A stretch of DNA of 64,000 nt, taken from assembly GCF_006345805.1 (NCBI RefSeq), contig NC_043016.1, forward strand, positions 4,030,001-4,094,000. Reading direction: 5' to 3'. Each line of letters opens with the position of its first letter. The first letter of the stretch is position 1. The position numbers were made by a program, and so were the translations under genes. The notes beneath the pieces are model-generated. The model saw nothing but the letters and a program-made list of their open reading frames with translations, was not told where the DNA came from and searched no databases. Origin of the DNA: Octopus sinensis. Taxonomy: Eukaryota. Below are positions 39,485 through 51,949 of the stretch, piece after piece.

Positions 39485-40191
39485 CACAATGCTTTAGCCT
39501 ACCAGCAATTAACCAAAGTACGTACATTATGTGCGATCAATAATATTTACAACACTAACACTGCTTCTAATACATATTTGAATATGCGTGTCTGTATATA
39601 TATATTTATATATATATATGTGTGTGTATACACATAGATACAAACACACACACAAGTTTTTTTTAGTTTTGGTCTATCATATCCACTCATATGGTCTTAG
39701 CTGGCCTTGAGTTGTTGTGAAGAAAATGGCATGCAGTGGAACTGAACTTGAAACCAACTGGTTAGGAAGTGACCTTCTTAGCCAAAGTGCTATCTTTCCA
39801 CAAAAGTCATACCCCATAAGTCATTCTCGGGTCTGAAATGATACTATTGTACTGATGCATTGCTGTGCTCTTAACTTTTGTTCTTGTTGCATAACTGACT
39901 TCAACATTATATAACCTTGCTGGCCATTCTTTTTATTGATGCATTATTAGCCAAGTTCATTTATAATGTACCAGAATTGCTTTGTATCAATGAAGGCTCA
40001 GCAATGAAGGATCCATTGACAAAGTTTCTACTTATGATGTAAATTCTAGACGAGTGAAATAAAAAAAAATCACTTCAGTGTTGTTGAAGATTAGTTTGTT
40101 GGTTTTGTTTATGCTGTATTTCGAGGAATGTGCAGAAGACAGTGTGAATTTATCTCCTGAATCATGTCTTATGATTTTTTTTTTAAGAAAG

Positions 40192-40602
40192 ACATAGCAG
40201 TGGCTGTGTGGTAAGTAGCTTGCTTACAAACCACATGGTTCCGGGTTCAGTGCCACTGCGTGGCACCTTGGGTAAGTGTCTTCTACTATAGCCTCGGGCC
40301 GACCAAAGCCTTGTGAGTGGATTTGGTAGACGGAAACTGAAAGAAGCCCATCATATATACATATACATACATATATATGTATGTGTGTGTATATGTTTGT
40401 GTGTCTGTGTTTTTCCCTCCAACATCGCTTGACAACCGATGCTGGCGTGTTTACGTCCCCGTAACTTAGCGGTTTGGCAAAAGAGACCAATAGAATAAGT
40501 ACTAAGCTAACAAAGAATACATCCTGGGGTCGATTTGCTTGACTAAAGGTGGTGCTCCAGCATGGCCACAGTCAAATGACTGAAACAAGTAAAAGAGTAA
40601 AG
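40192..40602 (+). mobile_element. SINE family A, young full-length copy
   Basis: CpG-rich; complete head, core and tail. Confidence 0.9.
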
Positions 40603-40661
40603 GAATGTTTCACAATACAATCCCTATTTTATGAAATATAAAATGGTGATGACAGATATCT

Positions 40662-40946
40662 TTAACTCTCTTAATGCCAACTTGCCTCAGACTACACCTG
40701 ACTTTTTGACAGACTTTCTGTTTTAAACTAAATTAAAAACCTTCCTTTAAAATTTCTCATTTTATGTTCCAAACACCAGCTTAATAATGACTAATTACTA
40801 TATTCTTTATTATTTTCAAAATAAATTTGAAAAAAAAAGGCAGAAAAACAATACAAAAAGCAAAACAGAATAATGCATTTCAAAAGAAACATGCTAATGA
40901 AATTGTTAATCATTGATATTTATGACTGTGGTTGACAAAGGGTTAA
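40662..40946 (+). mobile_element. TTAA-type MITE
   Basis: ttaactctcttaatgccaac ... gttgacaaagggttaa; TTAA at both ends. Confidence 0.65.
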
Positions 40947-40979
40947 TACTGGTGTCATGAAAATGGCATCCTGTACACA

Positions 40980-40982
40980 CTC

Positions 40983-41031
<49 letters not shown>

Positions 41032-41128
41032 ATATATATATATATAATATATATTATATATATTATATATATAATATATACATATACATATATATATATA
41101 CATATATATATATTATATATATATATAA

Positions 41129-41173
<45 letters not shown>

Positions 41174-41174
41174 C

Positions 41175-41207
<33 letters not shown>

Positions 41208-41215
41208 CATATATA
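40980..41215. repeat. Compound (CT)n-(TA)n microsatellite
   Basis: Direct reading. Confidence 0.95.
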
Positions 41216-41216
41216 T

Positions 41217-41950
41217 CTCCGTGCTGTGGGCACGTAACAAACACCATCCGATCGTGGCCGTTCGCCAGCCTCATCTGGCACCTGTGTCGTGGCACATAAA
41301 AACACCATCCGAAGACCCGGCAAGACTAGTCAGGCCATAACCTGTGGCCCCTACCTGGGACGTAGTCAGTCCACCTGTGCATACCTTCCTTCTTGTGACA
41401 CTTGTGAAGACCTGTTGAGGCAAGTGAAAATCAAATCAAATCAAAACAAATCAAAATAGATGAACATCAATGGAATTTGTATCTTTGTGGTACCAGTGCC
41501 GGTGGCACGTGGCACACAAGAAAACCATCTGAACGTGGCCGTAGCCAGTACCGCATCGACTGGCCTCCGTGCTGTGGGCATGTAACAAACACCATCCGAT
41601 CGTGGCCGTTTGCCAGCCTCATCTGGCACCTGTGTCAGTGGCACATAAAAACACCATCCGAGCGTGGCCGTCTGCCAGCCTCGTCTGGCACCTGTGTCGG
41701 TGGCACATAAAAAACACCATCCGTGTGTGGCCATTTGCCAGCCTCGTCTGGCACCTGTGTCGGTGGCACATAAAATCACCCACTACACTCTCGGAGTGGT
41801 TGGCATTAGGAAGGGCATCCAGCTGTAGAAACACTGCCAGATCTGACTGGACTGGTGCAGCTTTCGGGCTCCCCAGACCCCAGTTGAACCGTCCAACCCA
41901 TGCTAGCATGGAAAGCAGACGTTAATGATGATGATGATGATGATGATGAT
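41217..41950 (+). mobile_element. Young RTE 3' UTR with four tandem ~62-67-bp units and (GAT)n tail
   Basis: Units start at 41531, 41598, 41660 and 41723; canonical RTE terminus follows. Confidence 0.85.
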
Positions 41951-41954
41951 ACAT

Positions 41955-42009
<55 letters not shown>

Positions 42010-42029
42010 ATATATATATGGAAATTGCA

Positions 42030-42357
42030 GTTGTGATACCAGTGCTGGTGGCACGCAAGAGAACCTTCCGAATGTGGCCATTGCCAGCACTACCCCGACT
42101 GGCCTCCGTGCAGGTGGCATGTAAAAAGCACCATCCAATTGTGGCTGTTGCCATCCACGTCTGGTACCTGTGCTGGTGGCACGTAAAAAGCACCCACTAC
42201 ACTCTCGGAGTGGTTGGCGTTAGTTAGGGCATCCAGCTGTAGAAACACTGCCAGATCAGACTGGGCCTGATGCAGCCTTCTGGCTTCCCAGACCCCAGTT
42301 GAACCGTCCAACCCATGCTAGCTTGGAAAGCGGACGTTAAATGATGATGATGATGAT
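42030..42357 (+). mobile_element. Second RTE 3' UTR copy in tandem
   Basis: Same units and terminus; separated from the previous copy by (CA)n(TA)n. Confidence 0.85.
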
Positions 42358-42557
42358 ATATGTAGTGGGGGCGGTATTAGGAAGGACATTCCCCTGCAGA
42401 TATTATGCCAAAACTGAAATACTGGATTAAAATGTTACCCAACCCTTTCCTGAATAGGAAACATATGTAAATTGATGACAATGATATGTGCTTATGTACA
42501 TGCATTATCATCATCATCACTATCGTTTAACATCTGCCTTTGATGCTGGTGTGGGTG

Positions 42558-42590
<33 letters not shown>

Positions 42591-43103
42591 GTACGTATGT
42601 ATAAACACTGCATTATGTTCTGTCTCACTGGATCAAAGAAAATCTGGAATTCTTTACCATGTTTTTCATATATACACATACATAGAAAATAATAAAAAAG
42701 AAAGAAAGAACATAGTTATTGGTTTTAGAGACAGAGAAAGAGAAAAATGACTTAACAAAGTGACATGTGTGTGTACGTCTCAGTAAGCCATATACTAAAC
42801 TTGTTGTTTGAACAAAAGCAACTTGAATTTTAGGAAAACAGTATTCTCTTAAAAAAAAAAATAAACAAAAATACAATTATTTATTTGAAAGCTCTTGGAA
42901 GAAAAGAAAAAGAACAAAAATATATGTATCAATCTGCTTAACACTCTATATCTGTCTACACACACACACACTGTAAATTTGTTATGTCAATATTCTCTTT
43001 CTCTCTGTCTCCAAAACCATTTCTTTTTTGTCTTATTTTCTGTCTTCAAAATTTACCTATTTCTGTTGCCCACAAAAATACTTTTGGTTTACCCGATATA
43101 TAT

Positions 43104-43134
<31 letters not shown>

Positions 43135-43524
43135 TGTGTATGCGTGTGCACCTAAGTGTTGTGTATAATGTATATACATATATTTTGTCTGTGTGTTTAT
43201 GCACACATGTTCGTTGTTAGGAGTGTTTCTGTTGGAGATGTGTATTCTGTCTTGGTGCTTGAGATGTATTTTTGGTAGTTTCCATATGCACGTCTGTGTT
43301 TCTTCAGCACATGTGCTAATTTCTATTTTCTGTTGTCCATCTATAGAGTGAAGACATTTTTCCGTGTTTATATAATAAGCAACAAAAGTCTTTTGAGAAT
43401 TCCATGACCCAAGAATGTACTGGAGCTGAAGTACTGCTTGTGCTTAAGAGTACATGAACGAAGACATTTTAATGCCATCATGGACCATTTTTCTCTTTAT
43501 TATTATTATTATTGTAGCAGATTT

Positions 43525-43835
43525 GTTAATGGCTGCGTGCTAAGAAGTTCACTTCCTGACTATGTGGCTTTAGGTTCAGTCCCACTGTGTGGCACTTTGG
43601 GAGAGTATCTTCTAGCCCTAGGCCAACAAAATCCTTGTGAGTGGGGGTTTGGTAGACAGAATCTGAAAGAAGCCCTTTGTATATATGTATGCATCTATGT
43701 GTGTTTGTCCCCTGCCCACTGCTTGACAACTGGTGTTGGTTTGTTTACATCCCTCAACTTCATTTCATTGGACTAACACCTTCAAAGTACTGCTCCAGCA
43801 TGGCTGCAAGTCCACTACTGAAGTAAATAAATAAT
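43525..43835 (+). mobile_element. SINE family A with internal deletion
   Basis: gttcagtcccactgtgtggcactttgg...gcttgacaactgg...ctccagcatggctgc. Confidence 0.75.
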
Positions 43836-43849
43836 AAAAGACAGATGAA

Positions 43850-45195
43850 GAACCAGAACTAGAGGAAGGTTTCAGGTGTGGAAGCAAGGTCTAGAATCGA
43901 AGGGCCTTAGAGTTAACCTAGAAAAAAAAAACCAAAGTCTTAGTAAAGGTGAAAAATCACAAATCCCTTCAGGTAGATAGTCCTGCTTGATCTGTAGAAA
44001 AGGCATAGGTAGAAACTTCGTAAGATGTACCCGGTGTAAGCTATGGGCACATAAGTGGTGCTGCAATATCAGAGGAAGGTTAACAAGGGATGTGGTTTTG
44101 TGTGTGGAAGGTGCACAGTTACAATTAACACTAAAAATGTACAGAAAATAGATTCCATTACATGCTGGGTGGGTGGGGGGGACTATTAGTAACCAACAGC
44201 TCCATTACCTAGGTGACCAAGTCAGTAGCAGAGGTATGTGCTCCGAGAGCATAGATGCATAAGAGTAGGCTGGGTAAAGTTAAGAGAACTCCCACCTCTG
44301 CTGGTAACAAAAGGTCTCTCACTCAGAGTGAATGGCAGAATGTATGATGCGTGCGTGTGAACAACCTGTTACACAGCAGTGAAACAGGCTTGAAAGAAAT
44401 GAAGTTAGTATGCTTCACTAGATGTGTGATGTCAGTGTGCATACACAACAAAGTATAACCATCTTGAGAGAAAAGTTGGGCATAAGAGGCATCATATGTG
44501 GTGTGCAAGAGAGACAACTGCCCTGGTATGGTCATGTGATGTGTATGGACAAGGACAGCTGTGTGAAGAGATAGACCCAGGAAGACACGGGATGAGGTGG
44601 TGAAACACGATCTTGGAATGTTGGGCCTCACAAAGGCAATGACAAGTGATCAAGATCTTTGGTGATATGCTATGCATGAGAAGACCTGTTAAGCCAAGTA
44701 AGATTGTAGTTGTGGCTGATGCCAGTGTTGCGTAACTTGCACATTAAAAGCTCCCTTCAAACGTTGGGTGACATGCTGCACTTGTGGACACCTGTCAAGC
44801 CAAGTGAAATCATAGTCATGGCTGATGCTAGTGCACTCTGACTAGTACCCTTGCCGGTGGCATGTAAAAAGCACCGTTCAAGTGTTGGGCCTCATGCAGG
44901 CAGTGACAAGTGACCAAGACCTTTGGGAATATACCGTGCTTGTGTAGACTTGTCAAACTAAGTGAGACTGTAGTCATGGCTGATGCTGGCGTCAGGTCAG
45001 TGGCACCCATGCTGGTGGTGTGTAAAGAGCAACCACTACACTCTTGAAGTGGTTGGCATTAGAAAGGGCATCCAGGCTTAGAAACCTTGCCAATTCAGAT
45101 CAGAACCTGGTGCAGCTCCTCGGCTTACCAGTTTTCAGTCAAATCATCCAACCCATGCTAGCATGGAAAACAGATGTTAAATGATGTTGATGATG
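43850..45195 (+). mobile_element. 5'-truncated RTE LINE with Cys-rich (PHD-like) insert in the RT C-terminal region
   Basis: QVWKQGLESKGLRVNL, CLICRKGIGRNFVRCTRCKLWAHKWC...FVCGRC, YLGDQVSS, LREKLGIRGI; ends in (GAT)n. Confidence 0.8.
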
Positions 45196-45274
45196 AAGAA
45201 AATGTTTTGCAAACTTGAAAGTATCAACATAACCACCTCTCATATTTACTGGCATTGTACCTAAGCCAGGAAAA

Positions 45275-45900
45275 TTATTATTATTATTATTATTATTATT
45301 AAGGTGGTAAGCTGGCAGAATTGTTAGCACATCAGGCAAAATTCTTAGTGGCATTTCATCCATCTTTATGTTGTGAATTCAAATTCTGCTAAGGTTGGCT
45401 TTACCTCTCATCCTTTTGGGGTCGATAAATTAAGTAAATTGGGATTAATGTAATTGATTAATTCCCTCCCCCAAACCATTTAAGGCAGCAAGCTGGCAGA
45501 ATCGTTAGCATGCTGGGTAAAATGCTTAGCTGTATGTCACCTGTCATTATGTTCTGAGTTCAAATTCTGCTGACATTGTCTTTACCTTTCCTCCTTTCAG
45601 GGTCGATAAAATAAGTACCAGTTAAACACTTGGGTCAATGTAATCAACTCATTCCCTTCACCAAAGCTGGTGCCCTTGTGGCAAAATTTGAAACCATGAC
45701 TATTATTATTAAGGCAGTTAGTGACATTTTGTCTGTCCTTAAGTTTTGAGTTCAAATTCTGCCACGGTCGACTTTGCCTCTTGTCCTTTTGGGGTTGATA
45801 AATTAAGTACCAGTGAAAAATGAGGTTCAATGTAATCGTCTATCCTGTCCCCCGAAATTTCAGGCCTTGTGCCTAATGTAGAAAGGATTATTATTATTAA
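45275..45900 (+). mobile_element. Three tandem SINE family C copies with (ATT)n at array ends and one junction
   Basis: Heads aaggtggtaagctggcaga (~45301), aaggcagcaagctggcaga (~45482) and aaggcag (~45711); last ends agaaaggattattattatt. Confidence 0.8.
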
Positions 45901-46139
45901 ACTTTTGTATTTTTTTCATGCTGTATATATTGCATGAGAAATAATTTTTCACAACTATCAAATTAATATCTGTGTGTGAATTAGCTTAACATCTTGTGCT
46001 AGTGTTTTCTATAAAACTGTGAGCCATTAACCTCTCAGCAAAAGTGGAAGATTTTAACCGTGTTATTCTAGAAATGAGATATATCCACTCAAAATTTTAT
46101 TACCTTTATATGTAGAAAGTAGTTTTATGTTGCAATCTA

Positions 46140-47412
46140 CGAGGGACATTCAGTAAGTAATGCCCCTGACCCACTTGCAGTTGTTTGATCTTGATGGAAT
46201 TTTGCATGTGCAATTATTTATATATCTATAGATTAAGTAGCAAATTACAGCTCTGAACTAATTGTGGTTTCTGATTTACAGGTGTTTGAAATGAGTCAAG
46301 TATGAAATGGAGCCTGTTGAGTGTCGAGCAGTGATCCGGGTTTTGTATTTGAAAGGACGCACACCACGGGAGACTTTTGATGAAATGAAAGTAACTTATG
46401 GTGATGATGCCCCATCATATGACCTTGTAAAACACTGGCATCGTGAATTCAAACATGGTCGGAACTGTATGGAAACAGCTCCCAGATCTAGTCGCCCCCC
46501 CTTCTGTCATTGATGAGGCATCTGTCCGTCAAGTTGAGGCTGCCATTTTGGAAGATCGACGCATAACTATTTGCCAAATAGGTCAAGATTAGTACCGGGT
46601 CTGTGGAAACTATCATTCATGACCATTTGCATATGCAAAAGGTGCCTGCCAGATGGATTCCCAGGTTGCTCACACCTTTCCAGAAGCAAGAACGCGTCGA
46701 GTGCTCGAGGATGAATTTGGAGATGTGCCAAGAAGATGAGTCAAAATTTTTCAAAAGACTGATTACACAGGATGAAACCTGGGTCCATCACCATGATCCA
46801 GAGACCAAAGCCCAGTCAATGCAGTGGAAGCACCGTGACTCACTTCCTCCACAGAAGGCAAGGGTGCAGCCCTCCGCTGGCAAGGTCATGCTCACAGTCT
46901 TCTGGGACGAGGACGGAGTAGTGATGACAGATTTCCTGACAAAGGGTACCACAATTACAGGAGCCTATTATGCTTCACCTTTGAGGAAATTAAGAGAAGC
47001 TATCAAAATTAAAAGGCGGGGCAAGATCAGCAAAGGCATCCTCCTCCTGCAGGACAATGCTCCGGTCCACAACTCACGTGTCGCCAGATCAGAAGCACAG
47101 GCGTGCGGCTATGAATTCCTCCCCCTCCTGACCTTGCACCCTCTGATTTTCACCTCTTCCCAACCATGAAGTTGTTTTTGAAAGGAAAGCATTTCCCAGA
47201 TGATGCAGCCTTGATTTCTGAAGTCAGGTCGTGGCTGGAGGACCAAGCTGGGGTCTTCTACAAAAACGATCTCCAGAGCTGCATCAAACGATGGGAGAAA
47301 TGCGTAACTCTGGGTGGTTCCTATGTAGAAAAAGACTAATAACTGTGCCAAGTGTCGTTGCTCTACTGCTATGGGAAGTGGGTCGGGGGCATTACTTATT
47401 GAACGCCCCTCG
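46140..47412 (+). mobile_element. Full-length mariner (D,D34D-type) transposon, 1273 bp
   Basis: TIR cgagggacattcagtaagtaatgcccctgacccact / agtgggtcgggggcattacttattgaacgcccctcg; TA on both flanks (46138-39, 47413-14). Confidence 0.95.
46307..47339 (+). pseudogene. Mariner transposase with three frame-disrupting lesions
   Basis: HTH N-terminus, WIPRLL, TQDETW, QDNAPVH, PDLAPSDFHLF. +1 C in a C run at ~46495-46501, small deletion ~46580, deletion of HPPYS ~47120; TAA at 47337-39. Confidence 0.9.
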
Positions 47413-47650
47413 TATCTTTTGTTGAGGAAAAATCATGTTTGAAGCTATTTTCTGTTGAGATATGTCGAGTTTACTGGAGCAAGATGACTCACAGAAAATA
47501 CCACTTCTATATTTTTTGATAAATATTCAACATCATTACTGAAATAACCATGAAATTTAATTTTGCAGTTGAAAGGTTAAACAAAAACTGATAAAAGTAA
47601 CCATTCTTAATCAGGTGTTTCGATTAACTATGTCATTTTCCAACATGTAT

Positions 47651-48042
47651 GTAGGCACAGGCATTGCTGTGTGGTAAGAAGTTTGCTTCCCTAACACATG
47701 GTTCTGGGCTCAGTCTCACTGCATGGCACCTTAAGCAAGTGTCTTTTACTTTAGCCTTGGGCCAACCAATGCCTTGTGAGTGGATTTGGTAGATGGAAAC
47801 TGAAAGAAGTCTGCATTATATATATGTATGTATTTGTGTGTCTGTGTTTGTCCCCCCACCATCGCTTGACAACTGATGTTGGTGTGTTTACGTTCCTGTA
47901 ACTTAGCAGTTTGGCAAAAGAGACCAATAGATTAAGTACCAGGCCTACAAAGAATAAGTCCTGGGGTCGATTTGTGCAACTAAAGACAGTGTTTGAGCAT
48001 GGCTGCAGTCAAATGACTGAAATAAGTAAAAAAATAAAGAAT
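47651..48042 (+). mobile_element. SINE family A
   Basis: Complete head, core and tail. Confidence 0.85.
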
Positions 48043-48364
48043 GCCTTCAAAATTTATCTCATAAAATGTTAAGTTGTATATGAGAACATTAAAAAAATGT
48101 ATGAACTGAGATAGCAGCAACAGCAGACACAAACGTTCTAAATTATATTCAGAAAGTAGCTATTTGACCAACTGGTGTGTTGTGATTTACCCTTCAGTCT
48201 ACAGTTGCACTGTTACCTTGTTTTCCATTTCTACTGTTACTCAAAGAGTGATCCCTACTCTTTGGAATTGGTTAGTTTAGTGCTACATTCACCCATACAT
48301 ACTTGATTCACTTATTTCTCTTCTTCTCATCACCCACAATAACATCTGCTGTCCCTTCACTTAC

Positions 48365-48487
48365 CAATATCTTAAAGTGCTTATCCTCCATGGAAGCTTG
48401 CTCTTCTTGTAATTTTTCTGCAGTCATTCACTTAGAGTTGGTTATCAAGTAAACATAATCCTGTTGGGCTTAGCTTATCTCTGAGAA
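48365..48487 (-). other. Candidate exon (possible start exon MTAEKLQEEQASMEDKHFKIL)
   Basis: Acceptor gcttgtttccctcaccag, ATG at 48427-48425 after an in-frame stop, donor gtaagt. Confidence 0.25.
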
Positions 48488-51074
48488 CTGGTGAGGGAAA
48501 CAAGCACAATCCTGACTCCAGATAAAAACCATTAAAAAGAAAAGAATACTGATAGTTCTGGTGTTAAGTTTAGGAAAAATAAATAAATAAAGATCTTAGT
48601 ATTACAAATAAATGCCACCCTAGGTTTTTAAAAGGTTTTTAGAAATAGTGAATAGTTTCTGAACTAAATTCTACACCCAACCGGGTACTAGTCTGTTTTT
48701 GATAACTTTTACTGTTTACATTCAAAGGAACATCTGGTACTTATTTCTTAAGCTTGGTGACTGGATGAATAAAGAATTTATTGTATGAATTTGTGCATCC
48801 ATGTGCTGTACCTGGAGACAATGACACTTCAGATGAAACTAATGCTGTTTACCTATTGAAATGACTTCTCTGTTAGCCATTTTTTATTCAACCAATTTTG
48901 GTATTACTCTTTGCAAGCAAGAAAAAAAAAATTTGAGGGGAAAATAAAAAGGGAAAAGGAAGGTAGAAAATGCACATTGACCACCCATTTTCCCTTTTCT
49001 TTAATATAAAAATACTCCTACTTTATCTAACCAACAGGAATCACAAGCTTGCTGCAAATCCCAAGATTTTACATGAGCATCCTGGGCATACCTGGGTATA
49101 TAATTGTATTTCTGTTGTTTTAATATATGCCCCTTTTCCTCTGTTCAACATTTTCTTTTAAGACTGCTAGTATTCCTTTTTATAAGTCTCTTCATTCTGG
49201 CTGTTGCCTCCTCCTCCTCCTCCTCTTGTAATATTCCTCACCCACCCTCTCACCTCCTGCCCGAATTTCATTCTTCAGTACAAACAGACAGTTCATCTCT
49301 CTTCAGACTCTGAAGAATCTGAGACAGGATTCTTCTTCATGGTATAAAACATAATCAGCTGTTTGGCTTATTTGTATCACATTTTGTTAATGCTGAGCAT
49401 TACTGGTTTCTTTGAATTCTGTTCTTTGACTATATATTAATTATTGTAGTTAGTTCAGTGTACAAGGCCTTAAAGAGATTTAATGTGCTGGCATTTGATC
49501 AGTGTATGGTTAACTCTGTAATTACTGAGGTACGTCTTGTAAAACATGAAAATATTTTACTAAAGTTAAATAAATTAGTCTATTTTAAATGGAATAAATT
49601 ATCTTGTTTTGTTTCAATCAAGTCTGGAGGAAGAAATATACAAATAAATATATAAAATGGAAAACAAATTAACACAACTGCTGGAATAAATAAGATACAT
49701 AAATCTACTATATAAAAAACAAAAATTCAAAAGTTCAATTAATTTTAATAGGAAAATATGGAAGCAGAACTAATGTCCCTTAAGTAGACAAATTAAATTT
49801 ATTAAGCATTTGATAAATGAAATATATTACAAAATTACTTCATCTGACAAGGAAATAATAATCAGAGAATTGAAATTATGTCTTCATAATTCTGTTTATA
49901 AAAGTCCTTGAAATAATTATTGTTAATTATCATTTTGAATATCTTCTCAAAATGATGAAGAATATCTTCTGTTCCAGACAGTAGACATGTGTTTAAATAA
50001 ATTTGAAACATTAATAAAATAGATAGAATATAATATAAAACATACAATTCATACCAGAATATTTAAATGTAATTAATCAAATAATCCTTTTTTTTTCTTT
50101 AAATTGTTTGTTTTTTTCTTTATGCATGTGTGCACACAAATACACACTCACACATGCACACAAACACACACACAGAGTTTAATAATTGAATGTAATTTAG
50201 CTCTAAAAGTACACCGCGACAAAATTGCTTCCAAAGTAGTTAAAATATAAAAACCAATCATAGGAAATTCAAGAACAAAGTAAGTGATTGTCTGGAAGAT
50301 TTCCAAAGACTAGTAAATAGTTAGAATTTCTTCATTGGAATATCCTGCTGTAAAACACAATATATAATTATTGATGGCAGTAATCCTGCTGCTAATGATT
50401 GCAAAGACAGTAAAGCATCAATTGTGTACACACACACACACACACACACACACATTATATTTTATAAATTATTTCTTTCTCTAGAATTTAAGAATAGAAT
50501 TAAAACTTTTATGCAAAAAATAAAAGAGGCAAGTAAAAAAAAAAGAAGAAATAAAACCAAACTCTCAATGCAAAATGTTGATGCTTATGATATATAAGTA
50601 GCGTTTATAGCAGGAAACACCCAAAGATGAGGTTACAACGAAAATGTGTGGCGTGACATTCAAAGAAATAAGCAAGAAATTGCCAAGCAAATTTTTCAAG
50701 TGGCTGAAGAAATAGACACACACACACACACACATGAAAGTACATATATGTATACACACACACACAAATACATAATATACATATACATTTATATATGCCT
50801 ATGTTTGTCTATAAATATATAGATACATACATTTATTAAAACTATAGTACCTATCTATTTTTGTGTCACACTCCAAACTATGGAACAAAATTGTTAGCAA
50901 GATTTCATATTATTTCTAAGACAATTGACTGATGAACTATGGGAAGAAATTTCAGAAAGAATCCACTAGACACAGCATTCACATAAATTATATTATTCAT
51001 AAATATTTATGATTAAGTAGGATATATATATTTATATAATGTGTGTGTGTGTGTGTGTATATATGCTATATATA

Positions 51075-51123
<49 letters not shown>

Positions 51124-51181
51124 ATCATTTAACATCTGTTTACCATGCTGGTATGGTTGTATATATATGTTTATATATATA

Positions 51182-51227
<46 letters not shown>

Positions 51228-51450
51228 ATACACACACATACACACAAGTACAAGAGAAACAGAGAAGAGGTTCAACTGAGGCAGACTATGATTGGTGTAT
51301 ACATATACGGATTTGATATGATAGAGTTGTCTAAAACATATATTAATACATTCAGAATATTAAGATATAGAAATATAAAAATATATGAATGTTAAAAATA
51401 CGCAAGGACAAATAAATATATAGATATATAAACATAATATATCTATATTA

Positions 51451-51850
51451 TAGGCCTAGGAGTGGCTCTGTGGTAAGTAGCTTGCTTACCAACAACATGG
51501 TTCCGGGTCCAGTCCCAATGCATGGCACCTTGGGCAAGTGTCTTCTACTATGCCCTCGGGCCGACCAAAGCCTTGGGAGTGGAATTGGTAGACAGAAACT
51601 GAAGGAAGCCTGTCGTATATTCATATATATATATGTATATGTTTGTGTGTCTGTGTTTGTCCATCCAACATCCCTTGACAACTAATGGTGGTGTGTTTAC
51701 GTCCCTGTAACTTAGCGGTTTAGCAAAAGAGACTGATGGAATGAGTACTACGCTTACAAAGAATAAGTCCTGGGGTTGATATGCTCGACTAAGGGCGGTG
51801 CTCCAGCATGGCCACAGTCAAATGACTGAAACAAGTAAAAGAGTAAAGAG
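51451..51850 (+). mobile_element. SINE family A
   Basis: Complete head, core and tail. Confidence 0.9.
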
Positions 51851-51949
51851 TGTAATAGAGTATAGATAAAAATATAGAATAATGAAATATAGAAAGACAT
51901 GCTTTGTATGCTTTTCTAAAGAAAATTTATAATTACTTATATATATATC

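Noticed and set aside
41531-41781. Tandem units as a CRISPR-like array or HDV-like ribozymes (CCAGCCUCG.CUGGC resembles HDV P3/L3)
   Set aside because: Eukaryotic LINE UTR with no unique spacers; P1 and P2 of an HDV double pseudoknot could not be paired.
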